From: Promethearchaeota archaeon
Lineage (GTDB): Archaea > Asgardarchaeota > Lokiarchaeia > Sigyniarchaeales > SOKP01
Reading direction: 5' to 3'
DNA length: 64,000 nucleotides
Assembly (NCBI GenBank): GCA_019058445.1
Contig: JAHPZA010000009.1
Location: forward strand, 729,023 to 793,022
In this document: positions 61,301 to 64,000 of the stretch, in pieces
How the letters are laid out: each line of letters starts with the position of its first letter
How positions within the stretch are numbered: the first letter of the stretch is position 1
Position numbers and translations under genes: made by a program
Notes under the pieces: model-generated
What the model saw: only the letters and a program-made list of their open reading frames with translations
Told to the model about the DNA's origin: nothing
The model's database searches: none

Positions 61301-62125
61301 CTGTTTATGTTTGAAGGAGATGTGGTAACCAATATTGCAGAGAAAACTCATGAAAAGCTCCGGATTGAAATGATTGCTCCATCTGAACCAAGTTTTTATG
61401 GATATTATGAATGGTATCTTGATAATAAGACAGGTATTTCAAATTATTTTTACATGTATGGAGAATTAGAAGGTGAGACGTTTATCGCGACAACTTTTCG
61501 AAAAAATCATACTTTCGTATGGCATAATCCTATAGCGCCCCCAGAAGAAATTACCTTGGAATTTGATAATTATTTAATACCTGATATAAACGCAACGGTC
61601 ACTTTTGAATATTCTGGTAGTTTTGATTTCTTTGAAGCTGTACTTTACGAAAATCCCGTAAATAGCTCCTTATCTAGTAAATATGGTAACCCGATGTTTT
61701 TCACAGATCTATTTGTTGTTAATCATTCAAATAATCCTTTTAATATGACGTTTAGAATGGACTTGCCTTTAAGGTATCCCGTTAGTAAAATCGAGAGCTT
61801 AGCGATATATCAATATAATCCCTCTAATCCTGAAGAGGCAAAATGGGATTATGTAAAATTATCTGATATAGATTTCGGTAAATTTATTAAAGACATAGCA
61901 AACAATAATATCACTTTAGAAGTCTATAACCAGAATGGAACTCTATTAATTATGGTGGCATGGTTGTTTATGGGACCACGTGAAGGAATTCCAGTTTCAG
62001 ATGGTGGTGGTGATGATGATGAAGTTGTACAAATTCCAGGATACGACCTCTATATCCTATTACTGATAGTCTCGTTAATATCGACTATTATTATACTAAG
62101 ACGGCGTAAAATAATCAGATTTTAA
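58385..62125 (+). CDS. Giant secreted surface (glyco)protein, tandem paralog
   Basis: Colinear with 54481..58119; ends IPGY, TM, RRRK. Confidence 0.88.
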   Translation: MKEEYKKKIKASIFIISVSIPFAMLLGFFIPTAKAGPVIPINNLTDPYNDWRWEVNMDDQLIYELEMEVFDNETGELVSSFKSIHIFNITSFRNTTYDNTLVSEVNATEYYYDCVSDSLIQIGAPFPLAMFGYNNSRTPRERYYMPEGMIAPFIFPRNGTSQNAEVMMEVLNYTFYENYQMGHMNYFDVNRSNYFEEGRTWNVSLSGDNDAQAPYRTGDWYSGDFYIRIIYDPNDKLLYQDACVLVKEESENPGDHWYLYNASITKVNDYNVTDEIDWYFEEGMTFYIGESNVNESYDGGIPYHQDIKVDIAGFNYSNYEISTMWGEMNMNFQNILINVSIWNDTAGIYEQEMSNFPAGQANNFFPFHISVFEHSFPVFMPNTTEIEDLEFMIKYLTPFGVSDWNIDDDKIIECKFSVSQVAASWYMEIDKEKMGTIFGYREVEGKIDYLLYQRNMTQVDKGPVIDQRLYSQLEGNNKVWINFTNNGTKPIDFYWGIIPVNPLEPLDYLFYEEIPDLGLYIDVNVNNKTSVGKGLVNFTINYDSAAISNAGIPESKLRVYRFNGIKWEPLDTSNYTVYPSSDTIRVHTMGANFFTVGAPEEWNWSKQITVGSEMYYETTGTLSGKLSEEMGSVNLPFVDFYILNITNRGLSYKNRGDGIDCWMNQINGSLYYWDPAVNDLVKFEDSGEFILNEYNLSYTIDPQKPFYFNLTEHTLGFPIVIPLLFNKLHLASIGEALNDSFYSSPMIREMGFPSWDEIKVNHVTKTLTLNDTTSEYYISASYYDNGTLKKAVGSVEFNFTGEMVDFNITTIRKYDYNQTDEVEWGVKPGDSYYFGSNFPMGGPTIEVNVTIVEINKSAVFLGELVGFSDDGGPPMFQSWLTFSNVWAKIEVYNITEGKNGVRTGEWLDLAEIDEEANSTIIIAAANNYLPFPIGDYYRYFNLSGNFQPLLMPKGIDGYKLAEDYGDLVSLFALFMFEGDVVTNIAEKTHEKLRIEMIAPSEPSFYGYYEWYLDNKTGISNYFYMYGELEGETFIATTFRKNHTFVWHNPIAPPEEITLEFDNYLIPDINATVTFEYSGSFDFFEAVLYENPVNSSLSSKYGNPMFFTDLFVVNHSNNPFNMTFRMDLPLRYPVSKIESLAIYQYNPSNPEEAKWDYVKLSDIDFGKFIKDIANNNITLEVYNQNGTLLIMVAWLFMGPREGIPVSDGGGDDDEVVQIPGYDLYILLLIVSLISTIIILRRRKIIRF

Positions 62126-62152
62126 AAGTTAAATAAATATTATCCTTTTTTT

Positions 62153-63643
62153 TTATTCTTTAATTAATCGTATTTTAATAAATAATTGAAAGGTTCTAGG
62201 ACCGAAAGTAACTAAAATATAAAAATTTTCACGACCTCCTATCTCTAAGTTTCTGTTTAAGATCGGTAGAGTTAGTTGTCTACTCCCAAGAGTTGAAGCC
62301 AATTCATGATCGTAATGATTAAAATCAGCCCGATTTTCTAGGGCGCTTAAGGTATGTAAAAATTGAGAAGAGTCTTGCCTCGAAATTTCAGCAAATAGAA
62401 AATGAAGATCCAGATAATTTCCAAACTCGTGCTCATTTACAATTAATGATGTGGTTGTATGATATGATCTGATAAAGAGTTCTCCATTTTGTAAATTAGG
62501 ATATTCGGATATGGTTTTACGAAATATTTCTTTAATTAAGTCTGATAAATATAGTAGTTGAGTAATGCTATAACTTCTAAGTTGGATTTTATAGGATACT
62601 TCAACATAATTATTATTCTCAATAGCTTTTTCTTGTTTTAAGCTTATGAACGTCTTGAATAATTGAGGTTCATACCTACTTTTCAGTGGAAATACTTTAT
62701 GATTTAATCTATTAGCATTTCGAAAAGCCCATGTTCGCAATATGCATTTCTGAGAAAAGGGTAATTCTTCTGTTGCTCCTAAAAAACCTCTTACCATTTG
62801 GGAGATCTCCAAGGTTGGCGTTGCGCTACCAATTAATAATCTATGCCAACAATTCTGAATAAAACCTTTTATTGCAAATAATTGTCTAAAACAATCTGTA
62901 GGAGTCGTCCCTCCAATTGTTCGAGGATCTATTTCAATCCAAACATTATTAAAATACTTAAGCAAAGGATAATATAAATTAAGTTCTCCAGCAACATCCA
63001 TACCACTTAAGATGAATATATTTTTAGGATTTCTAGAGAAAAAAGATTTTAAGATGGGGTAAGAAATAAATTCAGCATAATTGTCAGGGATAAATAGATT
63101 ACCCATATCTATTCTAACGAAGAAATCGTTCTTTTTACAATAATTTAGTAAGTTTTTAAGTTCTAGATTTGTATCATCTAACAAATCTAATCTTGTATAT
63201 GAAGGATAGAGAACTATTCCGGCAATTTTTATATCTTTTTTCACTTGAGCAATATCTGAAATAATATCTCCAGTCCCTGAATGAGCTGAAAGATCATAAG
63301 ACAATACCCCTCTAAATATTTTAGGTTGTTTTTTCACAGCTCTAATTACATCTACATTACTAATCCCATATTTTCTTCCTAAATCCATTCCCTGAATTAA
63401 CCCAAGGTCAATATTAGCACAATTTAACTCAACAATTTCATCTTCCACACTAATTTTTCTGTGATAAAAATATTCACGACCTTGTTTATTTTTCAGTTTT
63501 AAAAGCTGCTCTAATTTTTCAGACATTTCAATATCTTTAAAAATCGGCCAAATTAAAGAATCTATTTGACCATATAAAAAAGCATTCGCATATTTTTCTC
63601 CAAATATACAAGAGAAATCTGGTTGATAAAGGCGCTCTGTCAT
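62153..63643 (-). CDS. Amidohydrolase-like TIM barrel fused to a YjbQ (UPF0047) domain
   Basis: RLLIGS..P and NA.RL barrel end; HTTTSL.VNE, H..AS.LG, L.IG and GPR YjbQ motifs. Confidence 0.7.
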   Translation of the reverse strand: MTERLYQPDFSCIFGEKYANAFLYGQIDSLIWPIFKDIEMSEKLEQLLKLKNKQGREYFYHRKISVEDEIVELNCANIDLGLIQGMDLGRKYGISNVDVIRAVKKQPKIFRGVLSYDLSAHSGTGDIISDIAQVKKDIKIAGIVLYPSYTRLDLLDDTNLELKNLLNYCKKNDFFVRIDMGNLFIPDNYAEFISYPILKSFFSRNPKNIFILSGMDVAGELNLYYPLLKYFNNVWIEIDPRTIGGTTPTDCFRQLFAIKGFIQNCWHRLLIGSATPTLEISQMVRGFLGATEELPFSQKCILRTWAFRNANRLNHKVFPLKSRYEPQLFKTFISLKQEKAIENNNYVEVSYKIQLRSYSITQLLYLSDLIKEIFRKTISEYPNLQNGELFIRSYHTTTSLIVNEHEFGNYLDLHFLFAEISRQDSSQFLHTLSALENRADFNHYDHELASTLGSRQLTLPILNRNLEIGGRENFYILVTFGPRTFQLFIKIRLIKE

Positions 63644-63783
63644 GTTTAAGTATCTTATAAGTTTTAATTAATGGATTTAAAATTAAATTATTCTAAAAAT
63701 ATCATAATTTATTTAAAATTAATCCCCAACAATAAAAAAAGTATATGAAATATAAACAAAAAATAATAATTTTTTAATAAGTT

Positions 63784-64000
63784 TTAATTGACTTTACATG
63801 CTTTTTTCCAGTACCCTCGATTGGGTCTATTAATTTCCCAATAATAACATATTTTTTTTATTAATAGATAATTACATCCCAATTTCTCAGCAATTTTATA
63901 TAGAGGGACTTTCCAAACCAAAAGTTGAAAATCATCTCTGGTTAATGATGATTTTTCCAATAAACTTTGAAGCTTAATACTTCTACTTTTATTTCTTAAA
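63784..64000 (-). CDS. 3' end of a gene truncated by the window edge; HTH-like C-terminus
   Basis: Manual translation of 63999..63784 is open: ...LTRDDFQLLVWKVPLYKIAEKLGCNYLLIKKICYYWEINRPNRGYWKKACKVN*. Confidence 0.65.
   Translation of the reverse strand, partial: LRNKSRSIKLQSLLEKSSLTRDDFQLLVWKVPLYKIAEKLGCNYLLIKKICYYWEINRPNRGYWKKACKVN

Noticed and set aside
1-64000. CRISPR array, rRNA, tRNA, IS or provirus
   Set aside because: No regularly spaced repeats, GC-rich stable-RNA islands or transposase/integrase ORFs were seen by eye.

Overview
AT-rich archaeal DNA, most consistent with an Asgard archaeon of the Lokiarchaeia/Promethearchaeia type. Supporting genes: Sm1-rpl37e operon, SepCysS, archaeal SepF, PINA, Roadblock, a ubiquitin-like protein, and two giant surface proteins with Loki-CTERM-like tails. 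The window is mostly core and metabolic genes with many tandem paralog pairs. I found no rRNA, tRNA, CRISPR array or transposase. Main finding: one of two tandem SIRT6/7-like sirtuin genes is interrupted just after the catalytic His-Gly by a 30-nt insert (46841..46870, minus strand) carrying two in-frame stops. The insert folds into a bulge-helix-bulge-type splicing motif (AUGG/CCAU central helix, two AAA bulges, 8-bp intron stem). Cutting at the canonical endonuclease positions removes exactly 30 nt and restores LHGNM. It therefore looks like an endonuclease-spliced intron in a protein-coding mRNA. A tRNA-splicing endonuclease subunit lacking the catalytic Tyr and His (structural-subunit type) lies about 5 kb away. 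Other points of interest: an Ltp3/Ltp4-DUF35 aldolase-like operon, an RHH-HisKA-REC regulator, a HeH-SWIM-TIR protein divergent from the sirtuins, a ubiquitin-like gene with a probable non-canonical start, an unexplained intergenic hairpin, and a visible duplication scar. All family assignments are from motif recognition by eye; no searches were run.
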